Part shown: piece by piece, positions 46,545-56,638 of the stretch
Layout of the letters: each line of letters starts with the position of its first letter
Numbering within the stretch: the stretch's first letter is position 1
DNA from: Spirochaetae bacterium HGW-Spirochaetae-3
GTDB taxonomy: Bacteria > Spirochaetota > Spirochaetia > Treponematales > UBA12059
DNA: 64,000 nucleotides
Direction: 5' to 3'
Assembly (NCBI GenBank): GCA_002839315.1
Contig: PGXV01000005.1
Coordinates: 155,269 to 219,268, forward strand
Notes under the pieces: model-generated
Seen by the model: the letters and a program-made list of their open reading frames with translations, nothing else
Told to the model about the DNA's origin: nothing
Databases searched by the model: none
Made by a program: the position numbers and the translations under genes

Positions 46545-47570
46545 ACGCCCCCATCCGGATAGCCGCGTACCGTCCGACCAGTCTACGGTCGCCGAGAACG
46601 GGAAGGCTTGGCCTCCCGGAGCGGTCACGGATACTTCTTGTATGGTGACGCGGAATCCATGGCTCCACGCCTCGACCTCTCCCTTGCCGTCGATGACTAT
46701 GTCCGATCCCTCGGCTCGTAGCGATTCGTAGCGAATCACCGCTGGTTTCGCGACGCCGGACATGGCAAGTATCATGTATTGCGGTAGTACGGTCAGCGTC
46801 CAGAGTGGATTCTCTCCTCTGAATTCGGCTCCGTCGAGTCGCCTGAACCCGTAGAACTCCGGGAAAGCCGGTGGCTCGGCGAGGTCGAATTGCGCATCGG
46901 CCCATATGCCCAGCGACTCGGCGCGAATCACCTCCGGGGCCGCCTCCATGCCCCCGTCGAGCGCGGTTACGGGGGTTATACGCGGGGCGTCGGCCGGATC
47001 GAACCCGGTGCCGCCGGATATCGAGTAGGCTCCGTCGCCGACGAACGCGACGAGCTCCAGCCTCTTGGGCCCCGGCTCCTGCGAGTCGTCGATCCAGTAC
47101 GCGAAGATGGCCTCTCCCCGGCCGTCGCCGTCGAGGTCGTCTACCCAGGGGCCGTCCTTATAGAATCCGGCTGTCGCGCCCTGCACGCCTGGAACGCTGC
47201 CGTCGGCGCGCTCGGTGACGAGAATCCAGCCTGAATCATCGTGACGGTAGTGCCGAGCCTCTATACCCGCGGACGGCGATTCGAGCCGCGACAGAATGGC
47301 TATATGCTCGCCGTCGGCGTCGTGCCAGCGGGCGAACGACGCCAGGACGCCCGTGTACGGCGTTTCCTGACCGGGCGTGGGGCCATCCACGACCGCGAAC
47401 GCCGCGGGCGCGGCCTCCTCCTGAACCGTCGTCCCGGCCTCGGGCGCCGGCGCGGCGGCTTTATCGCCGCGCGGCATATACTCTGTATAGGCCCAGACGC
47501 CCGCGGCCGCCAGCGCGACGCCGACGACGAGGCCGATCACGACCGGTACCGGAGATGATTTCTTCTTCAT
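46533..47570 (-). CDS. Membrane-anchored hypothetical protein
   Basis: N-terminal TM, DLDGDG motif. Confidence 0.7.
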   Translation of the reverse strand: MKKKSSPVPVVIGLVVGVALAAAGVWAYTEYMPRGDKAAAPAPEAGTTVQEEAAPAAFAVVDGPTPGQETPYTGVLASFARWHDADGEHIAILSRLESPSAGIEARHYRHDDSGWILVTERADGSVPGVQGATAGFYKDGPWVDDLDGDGRGEAIFAYWIDDSQEPGPKRLELVAFVGDGAYSISGGTGFDPADAPRITPVTALDGGMEAAPEVIRAESLGIWADAQFDLAEPPAFPEFYGFRRLDGAEFRGENPLWTLTVLPQYMILAMSGVAKPAVIRYESLRAEGSDIVIDGKGEVEAWSHGFRVTIQEVSVTAPGGQAFPFSATVDWSDGTRLSGWGRLAD

Positions 47571-47572
47571 GA

Positions 47573-48943
47573 CTACTCCTCGCGTTCCCGCTTGTCGATG
47601 TCGACGAGCGCGTATAGCAGGCCTTCGAGGCCGGCCCTCCCGTGACTATCGCTCGCCAGCCTGACGAGGGAGACGTCGGCCGCCGGGTTCTTTTCCTTGA
47701 TCCAGCCGTACGCCCCCGCGCTGTTGCCGAAGGGCACGATCTCGTCGTCCGGAGAGGCCGCGATAACGATAGGATAATCGGCCGGCGGCGTCCATCGGTC
47801 CAGCCTGTACTCGTCCTGGGCCGCGTACAGCGGGACGGTATCCGGCGCGGTTCCGAGGGCGGACAGGTACTCGGGTCGATAGAGGTCCGCGTCGAGCACC
47901 TCGTCCGTCTTCTTGCCCACCGCCTCGGCTATGAGCTTGCACAGCTCGTCGCCGTCGCGTAGCCCGTCGAATAGCGGCACTACGTTAGCGATGACGCCTG
48001 GTAGCAGTATCTCTTCGAGCTTTATGGAGTCGGGGTACGCCCTGGCCCAGCCCATGGCCAGGAGCACGCTGTAGTCGGGCCTCGCGACGACGGAGCCGCC
48101 TTCCTCGCGGAACGGTACGCCTATCAACAGGTCGAGCGGGGCTCCGAGCGCGTAGCCGGCGGCGAGCCGTAGTCCTGGGACGGGTATGGAGCCGTCCGAC
48201 AAGGCCCTCAGGGTCGACATGGCGGCCAGCCCTCCCTGCGAGTATCCCAGGACCGCGAGGCGGCCCGTCTCCGCGTATCGGGAGCGGTGACCGTCCGCGA
48301 GATAGCTCCTGGCCGCGGCCAGGCCGTCGAGCGCGGAGGCCGCCATCGATTCCGGGACGCAGTACTCCTGCGCGCCCGCGGAGTCGCCCGCGCCGGCGTA
48401 ATCGGGGGCCCACACCGCGTACCCGAGCGCGGCGGCGGCTTCCATCAGCGACCGTTCGGATCCGCCTTCCCTGGAAGGCACTTCGTCGCGGAGGTGCTCG
48501 GTCCACCGGAGGAACACGATCCACGTCAACTTAGCGGATTCACCGGATCGGGGGACAGGCAGGAACAGCATGCCGGACTGGCGATCCAATCCGCCCTCGG
48601 GTAGGCGGGCGAGGAACGATATACGGATCCGCTTTACGTCATGTAGGCCGTCGCCGCGCTCGTCGCGCCAGCCGGCGTAGCCTATGCCCTCCAGCACGCT
48701 CATATCGATGGCCCGGTCGAGCACGAGCGGCGAGGCGATGGCGAGCATGGCCCGCGGCTTGCGCGCCGGGATGCGCTTGACCTCGGTCGCCGTAAGTAGC
48801 GTGCCGGCCGCGATGACTCCATCGACGGAGGATTCGGTCGTCTCCATGACTTCCCTTATGACGGCTCCCCGTTCCGAGGCGCACGATACCAGTACCGATA
48901 CGAGCGTCGCTATGGCCGCTGCTCGCTGAAATTCTCTTATCAT
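47573..48943 (-). CDS. Secreted alpha/beta hydrolase (lipase-like lipoprotein)
   Basis: LVSC lipobox-like, APDY.G.G, GYSQGG nucleophile elbow, DEIVP, H. Confidence 0.8.
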   Translation of the reverse strand: MIREFQRAAAIATLVSVLVSCASERGAVIREVMETTESSVDGVIAAGTLLTATEVKRIPARKPRAMLAIASPLVLDRAIDMSVLEGIGYAGWRDERGDGLHDVKRIRISFLARLPEGGLDRQSGMLFLPVPRSGESAKLTWIVFLRWTEHLRDEVPSREGGSERSLMEAAAALGYAVWAPDYAGAGDSAGAQEYCVPESMAASALDGLAAARSYLADGHRSRYAETGRLAVLGYSQGGLAAMSTLRALSDGSIPVPGLRLAAGYALGAPLDLLIGVPFREEGGSVVARPDYSVLLAMGWARAYPDSIKLEEILLPGVIANVVPLFDGLRDGDELCKLIAEAVGKKTDEVLDADLYRPEYLSALGTAPDTVPLYAAQDEYRLDRWTPPADYPIVIAASPDDEIVPFGNSAGAYGWIKEKNPAADVSLVRLASDSHGRAGLEGLLYALVDIDKREREE

Positions 48944-49042
48944 CGATTGAACGTATCGCGCGGGGGGGCGTAGCGTCCAGACGGTCGCCCTGTTAGTTAG
49001 AAAAAGATTGACGGAGTGTAAAAAAAGACGTATAAATCTGGT

Positions 49043-50800
49043 ATGCTGGTAATACCAAGAAGGATTTCCCATCAAGAAAGCAGGCCCAGAGAACCGAACG
49101 CTCGCAAAGCGGCCGCACGAATTCACCGGCTCCATGGCGAAGGAATAGCCGTATCGGAGGCTCGCGGTTCGATACGGCTAGAAGGCGAGGCTGCATCGTA
49201 TGGCGAGAAGGTCGCGGCGGGCTGGACAGCGGCGGGATTCGGCTTCAAGGGCGTCGTCAACGATATCGTCGTCGCGGGCGTCGCCGAGGAGAGGCTCGAA
49301 TCGCCGGCCGTCTCCGACGGGCTCCTCGAAGGCGCGTATTTCGACGTCGTCGTGATCGGGGGCGGGGTAATCGGCTCCGCGATAGCCCGCGAACTGTCCC
49401 GGTGGGATCTGTCTATCGCGCTCCTCGAGAAGGAGTGCGACGTAGCCGTTCATACCTCCAGCCGTAACGACGGTATGATACACGACGGGTTCGCGGCCAA
49501 GCCGGGTACTAAGAAGGCCGCGTACAACGTCCGTGGCAACCGGCTATGGGAGCCGCTCTGCGCTGAGCTCGGCGTCGATTTCAAGCGGCCCGGGTCGTTG
49601 GTGCTGTTCCGTTCGCCATGGTCCGCGGCGCTGTATCCCGTCCTGGCGGATAGGGCTCGCCGTAACGGCGTCGACGGCTGGGAGCTATGGAGCCGGTCGC
49701 GCGTAGCCGCCGAGGAGCCCAACGTCGTCGCGGATCAGCATGGAGGATTCTTCCTGCCGAGCGCCGGCGTCCTGTCGCCGTACAAGGCCACCGTAGCGCT
49801 CGCCGAGAGCGCGATGATGAACGGCGTCCGCGTCGTGCTGAACTCCTGCGTTACCGGACTCGATATGGACGGAGGCAGTATAGCGCGGGTGCTGACGAAT
49901 CGGGGCGCATGCCGTGCCGGCGTCGTCGTCAACGCGGCCGGTAACTGGGCTGACGTCGTCGCGGGCATGGCGGGCGACCGTTTCTTCAGCCTGCATCAGC
50001 GGCGCGGCACCGATGCGATCCTCGATGCATCCACCGCGTCGTCGCAGCGTCATATACTCGGCATGCCTGACTTCCTGCGGATGCATTCAAGGACCAAGGG
50101 CGGGGGGCTCGTACCGACGGTCGAGGGCAACGTGCTCGTCGGCCCGACCGCGTCAGAGTCCCCGGGCCGCGAGGATTACGCGACGAGGCCGGGGGAACTC
50201 GCGGAACTGGAAAAGCATATCAGGATCAACGGAGAACTTTCGATGTCGCAGGTCATAACCTATTTCTCGGGCGTCCGTCCGTGCACCTACGAAGAGGATT
50301 TCATCGTGGAGAAGAGCGATCGGGTAGCCAACCTCGTGCACGTCGCCGGTATTCAGTCCCCGGGTCTAGCGTCGGCGCCGGCCATAGCCGAGGACGCGGC
50401 GCGCATGGCCGTCGAGATAGCGTCGGGATTCACGGCGACGCGCCCCCGATCCGGGTGGCGACCCGACGGACCCGCGTCGCCCGAGCCTCGCCGCCTGTCG
50501 CCGGACGGACGGAACGCGCTCATAGAGCGCAATCCCGCCTACGGCCGTATCGTATGCCGCTGCGAGGAAGTCTCCGAAGGAGAGATAGTGGACGCGGTAC
50601 GGTCATCGCTACCCGCGACGAGCCTTGACGCGATAAAGCGTCGGACACGGGCCGGTATGGGGCGTTGCCACGGCGGTTTCTGCACGCCCCGCGTCATGGA
50701 GATACTCGCGCGCGAGTCGGGCGTCCCGCTATGGGCCGTCACGAAGAAGGGGCCGGGATCGGAACTCTGCGTAGGCCCGACGAAGGGAGCCCGTTCGTGA
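49043..50800 (+). CDS. FAD-dependent oxidoreductase (GlpA/L2HGDH-like) with BFD-like [2Fe-2S] domain
   Basis: IGGGVIG, TSSRNDG.IH.G, AGIQSPGL, VCRCE..SEGEI, RTRAGMGRCHGGFC. Confidence 0.88.
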   Translation: MLVIPRRISHQESRPREPNARKAAARIHRLHGEGIAVSEARGSIRLEGEAASYGEKVAAGWTAAGFGFKGVVNDIVVAGVAEERLESPAVSDGLLEGAYFDVVVIGGGVIGSAIARELSRWDLSIALLEKECDVAVHTSSRNDGMIHDGFAAKPGTKKAAYNVRGNRLWEPLCAELGVDFKRPGSLVLFRSPWSAALYPVLADRARRNGVDGWELWSRSRVAAEEPNVVADQHGGFFLPSAGVLSPYKATVALAESAMMNGVRVVLNSCVTGLDMDGGSIARVLTNRGACRAGVVVNAAGNWADVVAGMAGDRFFSLHQRRGTDAILDASTASSQRHILGMPDFLRMHSRTKGGGLVPTVEGNVLVGPTASESPGREDYATRPGELAELEKHIRINGELSMSQVITYFSGVRPCTYEEDFIVEKSDRVANLVHVAGIQSPGLASAPAIAEDAARMAVEIASGFTATRPRSGWRPDGPASPEPRRLSPDGRNALIERNPAYGRIVCRCEEVSEGEIVDAVRSSLPATSLDAIKRRTRAGMGRCHGGFCTPRVMEILARESGVPLWAVTKKGPGSELCVGPTKGARS

Positions 50801-52128
50801 TCCGCCGCGTCGATACCGACGTCGTCGTATTGGGAGCCGGACCGGCGGGCCTCGCCGCCGCCTGCGCCGCCATAGAGTCCGGGGCCCGCGTCGTCGTCGT
50901 AGAGCGCGAGGAGCGCGTAGGCGGCATACTCAAGCAGTGCGTGCACGACGGCTTCGGCGTCGCCCGCTACGGCCTGAAGCTGACCGGCCCCGAGTACGCG
51001 CTCCGCGACGCCGACCGACTGGCCTCGCTCGGCGCCGTCGTGATGCTCGAGGCGTTCGTATCTAAGGCGGAGCGGACGGACGGCGGCTGCCGGCTCGCCT
51101 GCGTGGACCGGAGCGGGGTCGTCGAGCTTACGGCCGGCGCCGTCGTGCTCGCGACCGGCTGCAGGGAGCGTACCGACCGGCAGGTCTTCATCCACGGCGA
51201 CCGGCCGGCCGGCATCTTCGCCGCGGGCCTCGCGCAGTACATGATAAACGTGCAGGGACTCCTGCCCGGCCGGCGCGCGCTGATACTCGGCTCGGGGGAC
51301 ATCGGCCTGATCATGGCGCGCCGTATGACCCTCGAGGGCATGGAGGTGCTGGGCGCGCACGAGATCAAGAGCGAGCCTTCGGGCCTGTCGCGCAACGTGC
51401 GCCAGTGCCTCGACGACTACGGCATCCCGCTGGAGCTGTCGTCGACCGTGACGGCTGTCCACGGCTCGCGGCGCGTTACCGGCGTCACGACGGCCAGGGT
51501 CGACGCGGCGATGCGGACTATACCGGGCACGGAGCGCGACATAGACTGCGATACCCTTATACTGTCCGTCGGGCTGATACCGGAGAACGAGATAGCCCGC
51601 TCCCTCGGCGTCCCCATCGATACGGCGACCAAGGGGCCCAAGGTAGACCAGAATATGCATACCCTCGCGGAAGGCGTGTTCGCGTGCGGCAACGCCGTGC
51701 ACGTCAACGACCTGGCCGACTACGTCTCCGAATCCGGGGAGACCGCCGGCAGGTCCGCGGCGGCGTACGCCGCGTCTCGCCTGAAGACCGGCGGCCGGGC
51801 GCCGGAGCGCCGTCTGACGCCCCTCGACGCGGGGCCGGGGTTCCTGTACGCGGTGCCGCAGTTCGTCGACCTGGCTGCGCCCCGGCGAGGCGAGCTGGCC
51901 GCGTTCTATTTCCGGTCGCGCGCCACCGAGACGGACGGCGCGGTCGTCCGTATGTCCGCAGGCGGGACGGCCCTGCTCGAGAGGCGTTATCCAGCGCTGC
52001 GCCCGCCCGAGATGGAGCGCTTTGAACTCGATACGGACGCCATCGCCGAGGCGATCGCGGAAGGCGATACGGCCATGCCGAGCGATCGCCGCATCACGCT
52101 GGAGATGGGAAGGCGGTCGGCCCTATGA
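50797..52128 (+). CDS. Pyridine nucleotide-disulphide oxidoreductase
   Basis: GAGPAG, GGILKQCVHDGFG, LTGPEY, ATGCRER, GSGDIGLIMARR, ACGN. Confidence 0.88.
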   Translation: MIRRVDTDVVVLGAGPAGLAAACAAIESGARVVVVEREERVGGILKQCVHDGFGVARYGLKLTGPEYALRDADRLASLGAVVMLEAFVSKAERTDGGCRLACVDRSGVVELTAGAVVLATGCRERTDRQVFIHGDRPAGIFAAGLAQYMINVQGLLPGRRALILGSGDIGLIMARRMTLEGMEVLGAHEIKSEPSGLSRNVRQCLDDYGIPLELSSTVTAVHGSRRVTGVTTARVDAAMRTIPGTERDIDCDTLILSVGLIPENEIARSLGVPIDTATKGPKVDQNMHTLAEGVFACGNAVHVNDLADYVSESGETAGRSAAAYAASRLKTGGRAPERRLTPLDAGPGFLYAVPQFVDLAAPRRGELAAFYFRSRATETDGAVVRMSAGGTALLERRYPALRPPEMERFELDTDAIAEAIAEGDTAMPSDRRITLEMGRRSAL

Positions 52129-52508
52129 TCGAACTGAAGGAATTCACCTGTATCGAGTGCCCCCGTGGCTGCCGTCTCGCCGTGCGGATAGATTCCGGCG
52201 TCGCTACGGTATCGGGCAACTCGTGCCCGAAGGGCGTCGCGTGGGGAGCGCAGGAAGCCGTGGCCCCGATGCGCGGCTTGACGACTACCGTGAGGATAGA
52301 GGGCTCGTCCAGGCGCCGCCTGCCGGTACGCGCGAGCGGCGATATGCCCTTGTCGCGGCTTCTCGACGCCATGGCCGCGATAGATCCCGTCGTCGTTCGG
52401 CCTCCGGTCAGGCGGGGCGACGTCGTGCTGGCCGACCTCCTGGGACTCGGCGTCGACCTCGTCGCTACCGACGACCTCGAGGCGGACGCCGAGCGGGGGG
52501 CAGAGTGA
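52125..52508 (+). CDS. DUF1667 CxxC protein
   Basis: CIECPRGC...GNSCPKG...P.R.LTTTV. Confidence 0.85.
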   Translation: MIELKEFTCIECPRGCRLAVRIDSGVATVSGNSCPKGVAWGAQEAVAPMRGLTTTVRIEGSSRRRLPVRASGDMPLSRLLDAMAAIDPVVVRPPVRRGDVVLADLLGLGVDLVATDDLEADAERGAE

Positions 52509-54097
52509 GCGGGGATCTCGTACTGTCTATCGACTGCGGGACCCAGAGCGTCCGCGCGCTCGCCTTCGACGCGTCCGGCCGGCTTATCGCGAAGCGCAAG
52601 GTCGACTACGAACCGTACTTCAGCGCGCGGCCGGGCTGGGCGGAACAGGATCCCGAGCTGTGGTGGCGCGCGCTCGTCTCGGCGTGCCGCGGCTTGACGG
52701 CCGACTTGCCGGGGGGCGCCGGCCGGTTCGCCGCCATCGCGGTTACGACGCAGCGCGACTCCATGGTCTGCCTCGACGCCGACGCGAGGCCTCTCAGGCC
52801 CGCCATCCTGTGGCTGGATTCCCGCAAGGCTCCCGCCCCGTACAGGCCGTCGCCGCCCGTACGGCTCGCGCTGTCCGCCATCGGCATGGGCGAGGCCCTG
52901 GCGAAGACGCAGGAATCCGGGGCGTGCAACTGGATCAGGGCCAATGAGCCATCGCTCTGGGATCGTACGCGGGCGTTCGTCCAGGTGTCGGGGTTCCTGA
53001 ACGCCCGCCTGACGGGCGATTTCGTCGACTCCACGGCGTCGCAGATCGGTCACATGCCGTTCGACTACCGGCGGCAGGAGTGGGCCGGGCGGGGTCACAT
53101 GAACTCGCGTATGTTCCCGGTCGAGGCCGGGAAGCTATCGCGCCTATCGCCGGCTGGCGCGGAGCTCGGGCGCCTCGTCGCGTCCGCCGCCGCCGAGACC
53201 GGCTTGCCCGCGGGCCTGCCGGTGATAGCCGCCGGTAGCGACAAGGGCTGCGAGACGATAGGCGCGGGCGTCGTCGACGAGACCGTAGCGAGCCTGTCCT
53301 TCGGGACGACGGCGACCGTGCAGACGACCAGCCGCCGCTACCTCGAGCCGCTCGCGTTCATGCCGGCGTACCCCGCCGCGATCCCCGGCCGCTACAATCC
53401 CGAGGTCGAGATATTCAGGGGCTACTGGATGATAGCGTGGTTCAAGAAGCAGTTCGCGTACGAGGAGGTAGCCCAGGCTCAGTCCAGAGGCATCGCCGCG
53501 GAGGCGATGCTCGACGAGCTGCTCGTAGCGACGCCGCCGGGCGGCCACGGGCTCGTTATGCAACCGTACTGGACCGCCGGCCTCAAGTCGCCGTCGGCCA
53601 AGGGAGCCCTTATCGGCTTCGGCGACGTGCACGAGCGGGCGCACCTGTACCGGGCCATCATCGAGGGGCTGGCGTACGGCCTCAAGGAAGGGCTCGAATC
53701 GATAGAGCGCGTCTCCGGGAAACGGGTGCGCGCGCTCCGCGTGTCGGGCGGCGCCAGCCAGAGCGACTCGATATGCCAGATATCGGCGGACGTCTTCAAC
53801 CTGCCGCTGGAGCGAGGGGATACCTTCGAGGCCTCGGGCCTCGGTGCGGCCATGTGCGCCGCCGCCGGGCTCGGCTGGTATCCGGGGGTCGCGGAGGCCT
53901 CGGCGGCCATGTCGTCGACTCTGTCGCCGTCGTCGACTCTGTCGCCGTCGACAGCTCGCGCTTTCGAGCCGGATCCCGCGAACGCCGCGCTGTACGCCGA
54001 GTTATACCGCCGCGTCTACAAGAAGATGTACAAGGCGCTGTCGCCGCTGTACGAAAGCATCAGAGACATAACGGGCTACCCCGAGCGGCCCGTATAA
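52505..54097 (+). CDS. FGGY family carbohydrate kinase
   Basis: SIDCGTQSVR, PGWAEQDP, PAILWLD.R, GSD, SFGT, SGGASQS. Confidence 0.9.
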   Translation: MSGDLVLSIDCGTQSVRALAFDASGRLIAKRKVDYEPYFSARPGWAEQDPELWWRALVSACRGLTADLPGGAGRFAAIAVTTQRDSMVCLDADARPLRPAILWLDSRKAPAPYRPSPPVRLALSAIGMGEALAKTQESGACNWIRANEPSLWDRTRAFVQVSGFLNARLTGDFVDSTASQIGHMPFDYRRQEWAGRGHMNSRMFPVEAGKLSRLSPAGAELGRLVASAAAETGLPAGLPVIAAGSDKGCETIGAGVVDETVASLSFGTTATVQTTSRRYLEPLAFMPAYPAAIPGRYNPEVEIFRGYWMIAWFKKQFAYEEVAQAQSRGIAAEAMLDELLVATPPGGHGLVMQPYWTAGLKSPSAKGALIGFGDVHERAHLYRAIIEGLAYGLKEGLESIERVSGKRVRALRVSGGASQSDSICQISADVFNLPLERGDTFEASGLGAAMCAAAGLGWYPGVAEASAAMSSTLSPSSTLSPSTARAFEPDPANAALYAELYRRVYKKMYKALSPLYESIRDITGYPERPV

Positions 54098-54107
54098 GGA
54101 GCATTGC

Positions 54108-55835
54108 ATGTCCAATCGAGACGAATTCAAGCCCGAATGGTTCGAAGGCGATCTGCCCGCGAAGAGCTTCAGGTCGATACTGAAGTGGGGAGATCCCAAG
54201 GAATACAAGCACCCGAACCGCAAGCTGTTCGCGCTGATGAAGGAAACCTTCGGCCTCGATGACGACTGGTTCCGCGCCAGGCGCAATGAAGGCCTCGGAA
54301 CCGTTCCGGAGTCATTCCCGAGCCGGCTCGCGCCCGAGCACGTCGCGGCGCTGACGGCGATCGTAGGCCCGACGAACGCGCATGTCGACGCCTACAACCG
54401 CCTCCGCATAGCGTACGGCAAGACGATGATAGACCTGATGCGCCTCCGCTATGGCATCGTCGAGAACCTGCCCGATATCGCGCTATGGCCCCGTAGCCGC
54501 GAAGACCTGCGCGCCGTCGTCGACTATTGCGAGGCTCACGGCATCCCCGTCTACGTCTACGGCGGCGGCTCGTCGGTGACGCGCGGCGTGGAGCCGTTCA
54601 AGGGAGGCGTGAGCCTGGACATGCGCGTGCACCTGAAGCGGGTGCTCGGATTCGACGAGCGCAACCAGACGATAACCGTCGAGGCCGGTATGAGCGGCCC
54701 CGAGCTCGAGCGCGTCCTCCGCGGCGCGCCTAAGGAACTGGGAGCGAGCCGCGCGTACACGGCGGGCCACCTGCCGCAGAGCTTCGAGTATTCCGTCGTG
54801 GGCGGATGGACCGTTACCCGCGGCGCCGGCCAGAACTCGACCTACTACGGCAAGATCGAGGACATCGTCACGGCCCAGGATTACGTCTGCCCCGGCGGCG
54901 TCGATATCCGTACGCGCGACTTCCCCGCGGCCGCGACGGGACCCGATATCGACCAGATCATGATGGGTAGCGAAGGGACCTTCGGCGTCCTGTACTCCGC
55001 GACGCTCAAGGTCCGCAAGTATATGCCTGAGAATACGCGCCGCTACTCGTTCATATTCCGCGACTGGGAGAGCGCCAAGGAGGCGGCGCGCGAGGTCATG
55101 CAGGGCGAGTTCGGCCTGCCCAGCGTATTCCGGCTGTCCGACCCCGAGGAGTCCGACGTCGCGCTCAAGCTGTACGGCGTCGCCGGCACGCCGCTCGATA
55201 CGCTGATATCGGCGCGCGGCTACAAGCCCGGGCAACGCTGCCTGATGCTCGGTACCGCCGACGGAGAGCGAGGCTTCGCGCGCCACGTCGAGCGCCGGAT
55301 CAAGCGTATATGCCGGGGGCACGGCGCGATGAGCACGACCGCATACGTCGTCCGCGAATGGGAGCGCGGCCGCTTCCGCGACCCCTACATGCGCGAGGAT
55401 ATGCAGGACTTCGGCGTCATGATCGACACGCTCGAGTGCACGGTGAACTGGACCAACCTGGAGGAAGTGCATACCGGCGTCCGAGAGTTCTGCCATTCCA
55501 GGCCCGATACCATATGCATGACCCACATGTCGCACTTCTATCCACAGGGCTGCAACCTCTACTTCATCTTCATAGCGAAGATGGAGGCACTCGACGAGTA
55601 CCTGGGGTACCAGGCGGGCATACTCGATAGCATCCAGAAGTACGGCGCGACGATGAGCCATCACCACGGCATTGGCAAGGCCTTCGCCCCCTGGCTCGAG
55701 GGCGACGTCGGCCACGAGTCCATGTCCGTCTTCCGCGCCCTGAAACGCCACTTCGACCCCAAGGGCATCATGAATCCCGGCGGCACGATAGCGTTGGACC
55801 TGCCCGATGAGCAAAGAAGGCTCATGAAGGAATAA
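54108..55835 (+). CDS. FAD-binding oxidoreductase, alkyl-DHAP synthase-like
   Basis: YGGGSSVT, GHLPQSFEYS.VGGW..TRGAGQ.STYYGKIED, GSEG.FG, SHHHGIG, DPKGIMNPG. Confidence 0.88.
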   Translation: MSNRDEFKPEWFEGDLPAKSFRSILKWGDPKEYKHPNRKLFALMKETFGLDDDWFRARRNEGLGTVPESFPSRLAPEHVAALTAIVGPTNAHVDAYNRLRIAYGKTMIDLMRLRYGIVENLPDIALWPRSREDLRAVVDYCEAHGIPVYVYGGGSSVTRGVEPFKGGVSLDMRVHLKRVLGFDERNQTITVEAGMSGPELERVLRGAPKELGASRAYTAGHLPQSFEYSVVGGWTVTRGAGQNSTYYGKIEDIVTAQDYVCPGGVDIRTRDFPAAATGPDIDQIMMGSEGTFGVLYSATLKVRKYMPENTRRYSFIFRDWESAKEAAREVMQGEFGLPSVFRLSDPEESDVALKLYGVAGTPLDTLISARGYKPGQRCLMLGTADGERGFARHVERRIKRICRGHGAMSTTAYVVREWERGRFRDPYMREDMQDFGVMIDTLECTVNWTNLEEVHTGVREFCHSRPDTICMTHMSHFYPQGCNLYFIFIAKMEALDEYLGYQAGILDSIQKYGATMSHHHGIGKAFAPWLEGDVGHESMSVFRALKRHFDPKGIMNPGGTIALDLPDEQRRLMKE

Positions 55836-55914
55836 ACGGCCGCCGCCGGGATTCGCCGCACGTGATGCGCGGCTCTTGCCCGGCCGGCGCAACGTAGCGA
55901 GCCGGGACGTCTCG

Positions 55915-56328
55915 ATGCCCTACTATATCAAGAATTTCGGAGGAGCACCGGCCTTGGCCGGCATATTGATGTCGAGCTTCGCGCTGGGGCAATTCTTCGC
56001 CGCGGAGGCCCTCGGCCTGGGGCCCGCCGAGCGCGGATGGCTTCTGGCCTACGTCGGAGCGCTTGCCAAGCGATTCGATGAACGGAATCTTGCAGCGACG
56101 GCCCTTTCTATAACGGCGGTATCGCGGGTACTATACTCCCCGGCGCCATCGGTCCCCATGCTGGTGATGGCCTTGCTTCCTCTGAGCCTCGGCTCGGGGG
56201 TAGCCGGCACGACGCTGAGGACCCTGCTCACGCAGAGCGTACCCCGCGAATCCGTCGGAGGTAGGCTAGGGCTCGCGTCTTCCATAGACAGCATCAACCG
56301 CATCCTGGCTCCTTGCGCATGGCGATGA
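55915..56328 (+). pseudogene. Internally deleted MFS transporter relic
   Basis: TM1-2-like start fused to C-terminal helices with G..LG..SS..S..RI.AP motif; far too short for an MFS. Confidence 0.55.
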
Positions 56329-56638
56329 GCTGAAAGGCAAGAAGTGCGGGCGCTATACGATCTGCAAGGGTAGCGATGGGGGCTCTGTAAAATAGGCCTT
56401 CGAATCCGAGTTCTTCACATTAGCCGCCTTCGGCGGGGTATTAGAGGAGCATGACGAAGCATCGAGACGGACGAGGATAGAAACCTTCCTGGCTTCGTTG
56501 CGCCCTAAGGGGGTGAACGGGATCGTAGACTGATTCCAACGAGCGTTCCGCGCGATAATGCCTTGACGACCCTGTTGAGCGCCGGAACCCCGACCGATGA
56601 TAGAATAGGACGGCCCAGTCGCCCGAGGAGATCCGAAA

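Noticed and set aside
52022..52504. N-terminal extension of the FGGY kinase ORF
   Set aside because: Overlaps the DUF1667 gene; kinase motif begins at GTG 52505
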